This document shows positions 36,782 to 46,038 of a stretch of 49,480 nucleotides of DNA, piece by piece. The notes below the pieces were generated by a model. The model was given only the letters and a program-made list of their open reading frames with translations, did not search any database and had not been told where the DNA came from. Both the position numbers and the translations under genes were made by a program. The stretch's first letter is position 1. Each line of letters opens with the position of its first letter. The stretch is from Candidatus Nanohaloarchaea archaeon. Its GTDB lineage: Archaea > Nanohalarchaeota > Nanosalinia > Nanosalinales > Nanosalinaceae. The DNA is taken from NCBI GenBank assembly GCA_041640035.1, contig JBEQBC010000004.1:1-49480 (forward strand), read 5' to 3'.

Positions 36782-36854
36782 TGGCAGGGCCGGGATTTGA
36801 ACCCGGGTCCGTACAGCCCCACTGTACGATTATAGTCCGCTAAACCACCCCGCC
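36782..36854 (-). tRNA. tRNA-Pro (GGG)
   Basis: Acceptor GGCGGGG/CCCTGCC plus A73; anticodon stem GTACA/TGTAC with loop GT-GGG-GC; T arm CCGGG-TTCAAAT-CCCGG; CCA not encoded. Confidence 0.9.
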
Positions 36855-36865
36855 TGCTGAGTACA

Positions 36866-37282
36866 TTAGAACGGTGTTGCTCCTTCTCTATAGGATGCGT
36901 ATACATCGCTGAGGATGTGGCTGCTTAGCATGATGAGTGTTAGTGCGGCTAGTTCTGGTCCTGCGAAGTATGCTAGTCCTGTTCCGAGTACGAGGATGAC
37001 GAAGTGTGATGTGTATCTCTGTGCTTCTCCCAGTGCTCCGTCCATGATCTCTGCGTTCTCTTCCATAGCTGTTTTAGGAGCTCTGAGTGCGTCTTTGAGG
37101 TGGTCCCAGTGTCCGTGGTTGTATCTTGCCCACAGGAAGTGATCTAGATCTATCAGCACTCCTATCGACAGTCCGTATACCGCAAGTACAGCGAAGCTTA
37201 GCAGGTTTTGTGTTCCGAATAATGCTGCTACCGCTGCGGGTGATAGGATTGCTGAGATCTTGAAGTGGTTGATGGATTCCAT
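36866..37282 (-). CDS. Membrane protein, metal-dependent hydrolase-like
   Basis: N-terminal H, IDLDH, SH and SHI.SD motifs within TMs. Confidence 0.7.
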   Translation of the reverse strand: MESINHFKISAILSPAAVAALFGTQNLLSFAVLAVYGLSIGVLIDLDHFLWARYNHGHWDHLKDALRAPKTAMEENAEIMDGALGEAQRYTSHFVILVLGTGLAYFAGPELAALTLIMLSSHILSDVYASYREGATPF

Positions 37283-37298
37283 AGTATTTACTTGGGTT

Positions 37299-39197
37299 TC
37301 AACGGTTTTTAATCTCTGATTTTCCGGGGGGCAGACTTCTGATTATGTAGTCCAGGTCGAGGTCGTAGTCCTCGAACTCCCGGTTTATCTCCTTCGCTAT
37401 CTCGGATTTCTTGGTGTGTCCGGGCTGCAGGGTGATGACTTCGTCGCAGTGCTGTTTTACTGCTTCTTCCGGTCCGGCCATTGGAACCCATGTATCTTCG
37501 ATCTTGTATGGTCCTACTGCGCATTCGACTTTGGTGTTGTGGAGATAGTCGCGGTCTCCTCGGATGACGAAGGCGCCTTTCGTAAGGTACTCTCCGCTTT
37601 CCGGTTCCTTCGTAACCTGCTCAGGCTCCACATAGTATACATCTCCGGCGGTGATCCCGGCCTTCCAGTTCTTGGTGAAGGTTAGTGCAGCCTTTGCGGC
37701 CTGTTCGATGGATGACTCTGGTGCATCCTGTCCGTCTTTGATAACTACGCTTGGTGCGCCGTCGAAATCTGCATGAAGATACAGGTCGTTTGGATCCATA
37801 TGCTTCTTTACAGCCATCTCGTTGGTCTGTGCGTCACGGCCGACGATCACGAGGTAGTCGTCGCTTGTGTAGAACCAGCGGTATTTCTCGAACCATTCCT
37901 TGCTCCGTTTCTGGGTCTTGTCTTCCATCACTTCTTCGACCTGTATATCTTCCTCACCAAGCTCCTCAAGCTTCTCCTCGGTCTTCTTGAGTGCTTTCTC
38001 CGCTGACTCGATTTTGCTCTCTGATTCCTTGGCTTTATCGTAGAATTCTGAGGCTGTTGCTTCCAGGTCCTGGTTCAGGTAGATCTTCAGGTTTTTATCG
38101 CCTACATCGACTGATATGAAGTTGTTCTGTTCGTTCAGAGAATTGATCTTCTCTGCTTCCTCGTTATCCGCGTCCTGAATAGTTTCCCTTGTCTTATCCC
38201 AGCCGTGTTCTTCGATTGCGTCCTCGATAGTATTCTTGATACGGTTAAGCAGCTGGTAGTTCTCGTATACTGCTTCTGCATCTTCTCGTTTCTGCTCTGC
38301 TGATTTCTTCAGGCCTTCGATTTTCCGTTCCTGCTGGTTTTTCTGTGCTTCCAGTCCCTGTTTTTTCTCCTGGAATGCTTCCCGTTTCTTCTTCTCTTTT
38401 TTCTTTCTCTCTTTTCTGTAAAAGTACTCGTCCAGTGCTTCCGAGAACTGTTCGAACTCTTCTGACTTTCTGTCGCTGTATGTTTCCAGGTGGAAGGGTG
38501 CAGCTCTCTGTGGGAAGTCGTGTTCGTCCTTGTAAAGTACAGGGCTGCGCTCGTCTTCAATCAAGGTCTTTATCTCTGTATTCAGTCTTTCCTTTTCTTC
38601 TTCGGTTAGTTCTGGGGTGTTCTTTTCTTTTTCTACGCCTGTCCGGCTGATTATTTCCTCTGCGTATGTTCCTCCGAGGCTGAGGTTGGATGCCAGTTTT
38701 CTGACTACATCGCCGTCTTCCAGGTTTGCTACATAGTCTTCCATCTCTCTGGGGTCCTGTGTGGGTTCAGGGTATTCGTACTTTTCTCCGATCTTGATCT
38801 CCCGGTCCTGCCAGATCTCTTCTCGCAGTGCGCCGATGATCTTGTCTTCCTTGGTTAGTACATAGTTTCCGCGGCCGTATATCTCGCATATGAGTTTGGT
38901 GTCGCCTGTTTCGATTTCGAGTATCCGGTCGAATCCTACCTGTCTGATGTTGGTTATCTTGCCTAGGTGTTTTCTGAGTTCCATGCAGAAGCCTGGAGGC
39001 CTTGTTGGGTTGTCTCGTTTGTATTTGGTTAGAAATGTGTAGTTTGGACCGATTATCAATCGTTTCTTTCCGTCTCCTGGTATGTATATCTCTAGTGTCA
39101 GTTCTTTTTCTCTTTGGTAGGCTTTCTGGACATGTCCGTCCTCAAGCTGTTTCAGGTCTTCCATCTGTATGGACAGGTCCAGGCTTGTAAGTTCCAT
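37299..39197 (-). CDS. rqcH: Ribosome quality-control NFACT/Rqc2 homolog
   Basis: P.GF.M.LRKHL, Q.GFDRI, WFEKYRWF.TSD..LV..GRDA..NE, HAD..GAP, PESGEYL.KGAF.IRG.R. Confidence 0.93.
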   Translation of the reverse strand: MELTSLDLSIQMEDLKQLEDGHVQKAYQREKELTLEIYIPGDGKKRLIIGPNYTFLTKYKRDNPTRPPGFCMELRKHLGKITNIRQVGFDRILEIETGDTKLICEIYGRGNYVLTKEDKIIGALREEIWQDREIKIGEKYEYPEPTQDPREMEDYVANLEDGDVVRKLASNLSLGGTYAEEIISRTGVEKEKNTPELTEEEKERLNTEIKTLIEDERSPVLYKDEHDFPQRAAPFHLETYSDRKSEEFEQFSEALDEYFYRKERKKKEKKKREAFQEKKQGLEAQKNQQERKIEGLKKSAEQKREDAEAVYENYQLLNRIKNTIEDAIEEHGWDKTRETIQDADNEEAEKINSLNEQNNFISVDVGDKNLKIYLNQDLEATASEFYDKAKESESKIESAEKALKKTEEKLEELGEEDIQVEEVMEDKTQKRSKEWFEKYRWFYTSDDYLVIVGRDAQTNEMAVKKHMDPNDLYLHADFDGAPSVVIKDGQDAPESSIEQAAKAALTFTKNWKAGITAGDVYYVEPEQVTKEPESGEYLTKGAFVIRGDRDYLHNTKVECAVGPYKIEDTWVPMAGPEEAVKQHCDEVITLQPGHTKKSEIAKEINREFEDYDLDLDYIIRSLPPGKSEIKNR

Positions 39198-39235
39198 AAG
39201 AAGTTTTCAGTCGGTGAGTTACAAAAAACCCTGTT

Positions 39236-39769
39236 TCAGAACATGTCTACGCCCTGCTGGTTTCCTTCTCTGCCAGCTTCCTCGTTCTCATACTGCTGCT
39301 TGAACTGCTGAGTACTTTCAAGACCAAAGTAATCTAGGAAATGCTCTGTCGTGTCAAGTATGGCGGTTCGGCCGTCTTTCTCCTTGCTGATGAAACCTCT
39401 CTCAACAAGCTCTTTCACATGCTGGTAGGCCCGATTACCTCTTATATCCACGATATCTGTCTGCTCTACAGGCGCGTTGTACGCGATCAGGCTGAGTGTA
39501 CGGACCTCGGCCTTGGTGAGATCCTGGTGTGGTGCCAGGTGTTCTACCTTGTCGATGTGCTCATTTTTGACCTTCATCTCGTAGCCCTGCGGTGTCTCAA
39601 TCATCTCAAGGCCACGGTTCTCTTCATCCAGTTCCTCTCTGAATTCCTCTATAAGCATGTCTACATATCCCATGCTTCCGAGGCTGAGGATATCTGCGAT
39701 TTCTTCCTTGTCTATAGGTTCTTCTGCCAGGTATAGTGCTGATTCGAGTAATGCTTTCTTTTCTTCCAT
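39236..39769 (-). CDS. scpB: SMC kite subunit ScpB
   Basis: LESALY, RTLSLIAYNAPV.Q..I..IRG, TT..FLDYFGL. Confidence 0.95.
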   Translation of the reverse strand: MEEKKALLESALYLAEEPIDKEEIADILSLGSMGYVDMLIEEFREELDEENRGLEMIETPQGYEMKVKNEHIDKVEHLAPHQDLTKAEVRTLSLIAYNAPVEQTDIVDIRGNRAYQHVKELVERGFISKEKDGRTAILDTTEHFLDYFGLESTQQFKQQYENEEAGREGNQQGVDMF

Positions 39770-39771
39770 CT

Positions 39772-40482
39772 CTATGCGTCCACCTCTTCGTCAGGTTTGA
39801 CCTCTAGGTCTCCGAGGAACTCCTCCTGTATAAGCTCTACTTTCTGATCGTTTTCCAGGTGTAGTATGTGTTTGAACTTTTCGATCTTCTCTTCATTATC
39901 ATTTTGCTCAATCAGGTTGTTGAAGTCAATTTTACGCCGTGTCTTGCTGCTGACCAGTCCTTTGATGCTTGTTAGCAGATTGTTCAGCTTGGATTCAAGG
40001 TCGTCTTCATCCATCTCAAACTGTTCATCTATCTGTTCTCTTCTCTCAACTCTCTGCTCACGCTGCTCCTTTACCTCCATGGCGTCTCGGAGTGAGTCTT
40101 TTAGTTCCTCTAAATGTACTCTGCGTTTTGGTTTCTGCTTTACAGGGATCTGAAGTTCTGGAGGGTCTTCGAGCTGTACTGTTGATTCTTCCTCCTCGAC
40201 CTCTTCTTCCAGTTCCTCTTCAAGCTCTTCAACAGGTTCTTCCTCCTGCTGTTCCTCTTCAAGTAGAAGTATTGATGTTTTCATGTTTAGAAGTGCAGAG
40301 CAGATTCTGATTGCCTTTGCTGGAACTCTTAAATCATATTTCTCCATTTCCTGGATGTATTCTCTGTATCTGTCTGCGAGAACGGTTATATCTATCTCTT
40401 CGGCAGGCATGTCCTGTGTAAGAAATTCCAGGGTTTCCTCCCAGTCCAGGTGGCTTATCTCGTTTGGTTCGAAGTCTTCCAT
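39772..40482 (-). CDS. scpA: Kleisin ScpA
   Basis: IDI..LADRY, ALL.MK, R.V.LEEL..SL, F..ILHL....V.L.QEE.LGD; between smc and scpB. Confidence 0.92.
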   Translation of the reverse strand: MEDFEPNEISHLDWEETLEFLTQDMPAEEIDITVLADRYREYIQEMEKYDLRVPAKAIRICSALLNMKTSILLLEEEQQEEEPVEELEEELEEEVEEEESTVQLEDPPELQIPVKQKPKRRVHLEELKDSLRDAMEVKEQREQRVERREQIDEQFEMDEDDLESKLNNLLTSIKGLVSSKTRRKIDFNNLIEQNDNEEKIEKFKHILHLENDQKVELIQEEFLGDLEVKPDEEVDA

Positions 40483-40591
40483 TTTTTGTTTTTTCTCTTA
40501 GTCTGCTCCCCTCGCAAACTGAGTTATTCAGAGTTCCCCAAGCCCTGACTTTACATTAGAATGGTTTCTGCAGTTTTTTATTTACACGGTG

Positions 40592-43147
40592 CTATGCATC
40601 TAGTTCGATGCTTCTCATCTTTGAAACACCGTCACGCATCGAAACACCGTAGGCTCTCTCAGCATGTCTTACCGTGATATCGTTATGGCTTATGACGATA
40701 AACTGGTTCTCATCTGCGTAGTTCTTAAGCAGTTCTGAAAGCTTCTTGGAGTTAGATTTATCTAGTGCGGCATCTATCTCGTCCATGATGTAGAAAGGAC
40801 TTTCCTCGTACTCCAGGATAGCGAACACGAACGCGATCGCTGTCATGGTTTTCTCTCCACCTGAAAGCGCCGTGATTATATGCGGTTCCTTGTTCGGTGG
40901 AGCTGCGCGGATCTTCAGTCCTTTTTCGATGTTGTCGTCTTCAAGTATGAGTTTTCCTTCTCCACCTTCGAACAGTTCCTCAAATATCCTGCTGAAGCTG
41001 TCCTGTATCTCTGTCAGGGTATCCATGAAACGATCCCTTTTCTGTTTCTCGACTTCGTCGATGAAGTCCTCTATCTCCAGCTTCTCCTGTCTTATCTCCG
41101 AAACAGTATCCTTGAACTCTTCGTACTCCTCTTTCTTCTCCTTGTACTCTTCGATGGCCCGCATGTTGACGGGTTGCAGGTTGTTCATCTTCCGCATAAC
41201 CTTCTTTTTCTTCTTTTTCAGGTCTTCCGGACTGGAATCCAGACCGATCAGTTCGTCCTCATCGTAGTCGAATTCCTCTAGGTCTTCCTTCACATTTTCA
41301 AGTTCTGCCTTGAAACGGGCTTTCTTGCTTCCTACATCGTCTATCTTGGTCTTCAGTTTCTGTATGCGGCTGTACTTATCCTGTCTTTCGTCACGGAGCT
41401 CGCTGAGTTCGTCTCTCAGTTCTCTTTTCTCTTCAAGGAAGTCGTCGCTTGATCCTCCGTCTTCCTCCTCTTTTCTTTCCTTCATCTTCTTCAGTTCGGC
41501 GATATCCTTCTGAAGACCTTTTATGTCGTCTTCTATCTCCTCGATCTCTTTCTTCTTCTCTTCCGGGTTCAGGTTCTTGGAGAGGGATTTGCTGCTTCTC
41601 TTCTTTTTCTTGGCTCCTCCGGTCATAGCTCCTCCACGGCTCATGATATCTCCGTCAAGGGTCACTACCCGTACGCCGTCGATACTTTTCACTGAGTCAA
41701 GATCTTCTGCTATTAGTGTGTCGCTGAATACATTGTCGATTGCTTTCTGGTATTTGTCGTTGTATTCGATGAGGTTGGATGCGTAGTCGATTACGCCTTT
41801 CTTTTTCTTTGCGATCTTTGATTTGGCGCTTTTGCTTTTCTTGTCAAGTTTGTCGAGTGGGAGTGTGCGGACTCTTCCGATATTATTTCTTTTGAGGTAG
41901 TTGATGATGTCTACAGCTGTGTTTTTGTTTCCGACTACTACGCTGCTCAGTCTGCTTCCTCCTGCTGTCTGGATAGCTGTTGAGAACCGGTCTTCTGTTG
42001 ATATAAGTCCTTCTACTGTTCCGTAGATATCATCACTGTCCATGTTGAGTGCTGCTTTCGTGGCTTTGGATGCGTTGCTGCCTTTGTTCTGCATCTTCTT
42101 CAGGCTTTCAAGTGTGTCTTCCAGGTCGCCTTTCTTTTCTCTCTTGTTCTCTAGCTGTCCCTTCTTCTTTTCAATTCTGTTTTCCAGGTGCTGTATGTCG
42201 TTATCTCCACCTTCGGACTGCTTTTCGTCTATCTCATCGATCCGATCTTCTTTTTCATCGATTTTCTCATCGATCTCGTCCATCTCTTCTTCCAGTTCTT
42301 CGATTTCTTCTTTCTGTTCGGATACATCTGTGTTTATGTTTGCGAGTCTGTTGCTGAGTGCTCTTTTTCTGACTTCGAGTACTGATGCTTCAAGTTTTTC
42401 TTTCCGTTGCTCGAGTTCTCTGTACTGTATGGCTAGTTCTTTTTCCTCTTCTAGTTTGTCTACGAGCTGTTTTTTCTCTTCAAGTACCATTTCTTTCTGC
42501 TGGAGTTTGTCTTCTACTTCTTCCAGTTCTTCAAGTGCTTCATCTCTTTTCTCGTCGAACTCCTGTACTCCTGATAGTTCATCGATGACCTGTCTTCTTT
42601 CTACAGCTGACTGCTCAACGATTTCTGTGACTTTTCCCTGCCGTACGAAGTGATATCCTTCAGGGTCGATACCGGCTTTCTCAGCGAGCTGGTCGATTAA
42701 TTCTCTCTTGCAGTTTGTTCCCTGGAACTTGTACATGGATGATCCTGCACGGGTGATCTTTCTACCGACAGTGACTTCCTCGGCTTCATCTACATCGTCT
42801 TCCAGGAACTCGTCGAATATGCCTGATGAATTGTCTAGGTGTACTGTTACATGTGCGAAGTCTGCTTCGCTGCGTGAGTCTCCTCCGTTGAAGATCAGTT
42901 GCTCCATTTTCTCGGCTCTGAGCTTGGAGCTTCTGCGTCCGAACACGAAGCTCATGGCGTCTAGAATATTTGATTTACCTGATCCGTTCTCTCCTACGAT
43001 CGCTGTAAGTCCTTCATAGAATGGTACGGCTGTTTTCCTCTGGAAAGACTTGAATCCTTTGCAGGAGACCTTGTTGATCTTGGTCTTCCCCTTCGCTTCT
43101 CTACTGTATTCGTCATCACTCTTCTCTACCATTTCCTGCTCAACCAT
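40592..43147 (-). CDS. smc: Chromosome segregation protein SMC (short, 851 aa)
   Basis: GFKSF, GENGSGKSN, hinge (IYGTV..LI...GRV..LPL...VVTLDGD....GAMTGG), LSGGEK, MDEIDAALD, ISH. Confidence 0.95.
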   Translation of the reverse strand: MVEQEMVEKSDDEYSREAKGKTKINKVSCKGFKSFQRKTAVPFYEGLTAIVGENGSGKSNILDAMSFVFGRRSSKLRAEKMEQLIFNGGDSRSEADFAHVTVHLDNSSGIFDEFLEDDVDEAEEVTVGRKITRAGSSMYKFQGTNCKRELIDQLAEKAGIDPEGYHFVRQGKVTEIVEQSAVERRQVIDELSGVQEFDEKRDEALEELEEVEDKLQQKEMVLEEKKQLVDKLEEEKELAIQYRELEQRKEKLEASVLEVRKRALSNRLANINTDVSEQKEEIEELEEEMDEIDEKIDEKEDRIDEIDEKQSEGGDNDIQHLENRIEKKKGQLENKREKKGDLEDTLESLKKMQNKGSNASKATKAALNMDSDDIYGTVEGLISTEDRFSTAIQTAGGSRLSSVVVGNKNTAVDIINYLKRNNIGRVRTLPLDKLDKKSKSAKSKIAKKKKGVIDYASNLIEYNDKYQKAIDNVFSDTLIAEDLDSVKSIDGVRVVTLDGDIMSRGGAMTGGAKKKKRSSKSLSKNLNPEEKKKEIEEIEDDIKGLQKDIAELKKMKERKEEEDGGSSDDFLEEKRELRDELSELRDERQDKYSRIQKLKTKIDDVGSKKARFKAELENVKEDLEEFDYDEDELIGLDSSPEDLKKKKKKVMRKMNNLQPVNMRAIEEYKEKKEEYEEFKDTVSEIRQEKLEIEDFIDEVEKQKRDRFMDTLTEIQDSFSRIFEELFEGGEGKLILEDDNIEKGLKIRAAPPNKEPHIITALSGGEKTMTAIAFVFAILEYEESPFYIMDEIDAALDKSNSKKLSELLKNYADENQFIVISHNDITVRHAERAYGVSMRDGVSKMRSIELDA

Positions 43148-43264
43148 ACAAATACGGTATAGTTCTGTAGGTTAAAAAACGGCAGGGGAATGACTGTTGA
43201 GTATCGGTAAGAGAAATAGATGTAGGGAAATAAAGAGGATAAGAAAGAAGATGTTTCTGAAAAT

Positions 43265-44575
43265 CTATGGTTCCAGTCGGTCTGGTGTCCGTGGGAACAG
43301 GATTCCTTCCTTGACATTGTCAAGTTCTGCTACCTGTTTGACCAGTCGGTCAAGTCCCAGTCCGTATCCTCCGTGTGGAGGCATTCCGAACTTGAAGCTT
43401 TCCAGGTAGAAGCTGATGTCTTCTGGATCGATTCCTTCCTCTTCGACCTTTCTCATCAGGCGGTCGAAGTCGTGTTCTCTCTGTCCTCCGGAAGCAAGTT
43501 CAAGTCCCTTGTAGATCATGTCGAAACGACGACTCTGGTATTCGTCTTCTTCACGGGCTTCTCCGTAGTAGAACTTCTCCTGAGGGTAACCTATTACGAA
43601 GAAAGCAGGGTGTCCCTGTTCCTCGAAGTACTCTCCGAGAAGCTTCTCGCCTTTGGTGTCAAGGTCGTCCTCCTCGTCTGGTTCGTAGTCGAACTCTTCC
43701 TTCAGGATTTCGCGAGCTCTCTCGAACTTGATTCTTGGGAAGTCTTCTTCAGGTACTTCTAGATCGATACCCAGTACTTCCAGGTCGTCTGCTGCTCTCT
43801 TCTCAACTTCTTGAAGTGTGTACCTTAGTGAGTCTTCAAGTACATCCATTACATCGTGCTGGTCTTCGATGAATGCTAGTTCTACATCGAACATGGAGAT
43901 TTCGGAGATGTGGCGGCTTGTTGCGAACTCTTCGGCTCTGAATGCTGTTCCTGTTTCGTATACTTTGTCGAAGCCTGCTGCCATCAGCATCTGTTTGTAG
44001 AGCTGTGGTGATTGGCTTAGGAAGGCTTCTTCTTCGTAGTAGATTACTGGGAAGAGTTCTGCTCCTCCTTCTGCACCCATCTTTGCGATTGTAGGTGTCT
44101 GGATATTGATGTATCCTTCTTTATCGAACCATTCTTCCATGGATTCGATTAGGTGGCTTCTAAGTGAGAAAACTGCGTGTACTTCCGGCTTTCTGAGATC
44201 GATGAACCGGTTGTCAAGCCGTGTAGATAGATCTGAGTCGATATCTTTGGATACATCCATTGGAAGCGGGCTTTCAGCCTCGCCGAGGATTTCAAGGCTT
44301 TCAGGTTTGATCTCTCTGTCGCCTGGAGCCTGATCGCTCTCTTCTACTTTTCCTGTGATATGTACTAGGTCTTCTTTTCCGATTTCCTGTGCTTTTTCGA
44401 ACAGTTCTTCGTTATCATCTTCTTTGAAGGTTGCCTGGATCTGTCCTTCTCGGTCTCGTACAATTACGAATGTTAGACCTCCCAGATCTCTGATTTCATG
44501 TGCCCAGCCAGCTACGCTGACTGTTTCGCCGTCGTCTTCCGGCGTTACTTTGTGTGTGTATGTTCTGTCGATCAT
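43265..44575 (-). CDS. aspS: Aspartyl-tRNA synthetase, archaeal, likely non-discriminating
   Basis: GWAHEIRDLGG, LSQSPQLYKQ, FRAE, SGGQREH, GMPPHGG.GLG.DR; His and Pro (QAPG) at the positions typical of ND enzymes. Confidence 0.96.
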   Translation of the reverse strand: MIDRTYTHKVTPEDDGETVSVAGWAHEIRDLGGLTFVIVRDREGQIQATFKEDDNEELFEKAQEIGKEDLVHITGKVEESDQAPGDREIKPESLEILGEAESPLPMDVSKDIDSDLSTRLDNRFIDLRKPEVHAVFSLRSHLIESMEEWFDKEGYINIQTPTIAKMGAEGGAELFPVIYYEEEAFLSQSPQLYKQMLMAAGFDKVYETGTAFRAEEFATSRHISEISMFDVELAFIEDQHDVMDVLEDSLRYTLQEVEKRAADDLEVLGIDLEVPEEDFPRIKFERAREILKEEFDYEPDEEDDLDTKGEKLLGEYFEEQGHPAFFVIGYPQEKFYYGEAREEDEYQSRRFDMIYKGLELASGGQREHDFDRLMRKVEEEGIDPEDISFYLESFKFGMPPHGGYGLGLDRLVKQVAELDNVKEGILFPRTPDRLEP

Positions 44576-44684
44576 TTTTGGATTACACTTTGTTTACAAA
44601 ACAGGACTGTTCGACGCATTTTTTTATGCGCTTCCCGTCTTTTTGGAAACGCTTAATACATTTCAGTCAGAAACTCTTGCCTGT

Positions 44685-45200
44685 ATGACTTTAAACCGGG
44701 AGCAACTGAAACAGCTTATCGAGGAAGAAAATCTGATACAGGACTACATCCACCTGGACACACAGCTAACGCCACAAGGATTCGACCTGACTGTTCAGGA
44801 GATTCACCGTTTTGAGGGCTCCGGTAAACTTGATTTCTCGAACAGTGAACGGGAGATACCGGATTCAACTCCGATCGAGCCTGAGAAGAAAAACGAGGAT
44901 GACGATTATGCGTGGTGGAATCTTGAACCAGGTACATACAAGGTCGTGATGAACGAGACCGTTGATATACCGAACGACCTGGTTGGTTACGCTTTCCCTC
45001 GTTCTTCTCTGCTTCGTATGGGTATAACTATCGAGAACGCGGTATGGGACTCAGGTTTCACCGGTACCGGAAGCTTCAAACTCTCCGTAGATAACGAAGA
45101 CGGTGTGGAGATCAAGGAGAACGCACGGCTTAACCAGATAGTGTTCGAGGAGATGCAGGAAACAGAGGAAGGCTACAGAGGGAAATACCACGAAGGCTGA
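44685..45200 (+). CDS. dut: Archaeal-type trimeric dUTPase (dCTP deaminase/dUTPase family)
   Basis: GFDLTV, PRSSLLRMG, VWDSGFTG, Q, YRGKY; true start ATG 44685. Confidence 0.85.
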   Translation: MTLNREQLKQLIEEENLIQDYIHLDTQLTPQGFDLTVQEIHRFEGSGKLDFSNSEREIPDSTPIEPEKKNEDDDYAWWNLEPGTYKVVMNETVDIPNDLVGYAFPRSSLLRMGITIENAVWDSGFTGTGSFKLSVDNEDGVEIKENARLNQIVFEEMQETEEGYRGKYHEG

Positions 45201-45213
45201 ATTCTCTGTAAAC

Positions 45214-45292
45214 TAGGTGATGATGAGGAAACCCTTTATCTGACGGGAGATAATCCCGAATGATGAATTCTTTGAACACCTCTGAACCACTA
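45214..45292 (+). ncRNA. Box C/D small RNA
   Basis: C box ATGATGA 45220-26, 13-nt guide, D' CTGA 45240-43, hairpin CGGGA/TCCCG, C' ATGATGA 45260-66, 15-nt guide, D CTGA 45282-85, terminal GGT/ACC; intergenic. Confidence 0.88.
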
Positions 45293-45360
45293 ATTTTACC
45301 TCATTACCTCAGGGTTATCGGTACTATTTAATTCGGCGATTATCAAATATTCTGTATAAG

Positions 45361-46038
45361 ATGTCTGTAATAACTATAGACTCCCTGAATAAGTCCTACG
45401 GCGACAACCAGGTTCTCAAAGATCTCAGCTTTGAAGTCGATGAGAACACCATAACCGGTTTGATAGGGCCGAACGGAGCAGGAAAATCCACTACTGTCGA
45501 GATACTTACCGGCCAGCTTGAAAGAGATACTGGAGAAGTCAAAGTACTTGGAATGGATCCATGGAAGGACCCGGTCGAACTCAGGAAAAAACTGGGCGTA
45601 CTTCCGGAAAGAGAAGACCCGCCAAGCTTCCTAACCGGCAACGAGTACCTTCAGTACATAGCAGATATCAGAGACGCAGAAATAGATAAACAGAAATGGA
45701 TTGAAAGATTCAAACTGGAAGGAAAGATGGATAAACCAACCAAGGAAATCTCCAAGGGAGAGAGACAGAAACTTATGATCATACAGGCATTCTTCCACGA
45801 ACCAGAACTAGTATTCATCGACGAACCACTGATCAACCTCGATCCGTTCGTACAGGAAGAAGCAAAGGATCTTTTCAAGGAGTACGCGGAGAACACTGGC
45901 AGTATATTCCTTTGCACACATCTACTTGGACTAGCTGAAGAGCTATGTGACGATGTACTGTTCCTGGACGAAGGTGCGATACAGGAAAATGTTCACGAAG
46001 TTGAAAACTTGAAGAACAGACTATTCGACGAGCAATGA
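45361..46038 (+). CDS. ABC transporter ATP-binding protein (exporter type)
   Basis: GPNGAGKST, ISKGERQK, FIDEP, CTH. Confidence 0.93.
   Translation: MSVITIDSLNKSYGDNQVLKDLSFEVDENTITGLIGPNGAGKSTTVEILTGQLERDTGEVKVLGMDPWKDPVELRKKLGVLPEREDPPSFLTGNEYLQYIADIRDAEIDKQKWIERFKLEGKMDKPTKEISKGERQKLMIIQAFFHEPELVFIDEPLINLDPFVQEEAKDLFKEYAENTGSIFLCTHLLGLAEELCDDVLFLDEGAIQENVHEVENLKNRLFDEQ

Noticed and set aside
36640-36906. Minus-strand ORF over tRNA-Pro; integrated elements at either tRNA
   Set aside because: The ORF is spurious; no integrase or duplicated tRNA 3' end was found in the window.
40845-43019. Several long Ser/Phe-rich plus-strand ORFs (also 34297..34926 minus)
   Set aside because: Mirror frames of Glu/Lys-rich genes (smc, tmk/DUF5828-like), typical of acidic proteomes.
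44355-44684. 110-aa N-terminal extension of dut
   Set aside because: Antisense to aspS and spans the divergent promoter region.
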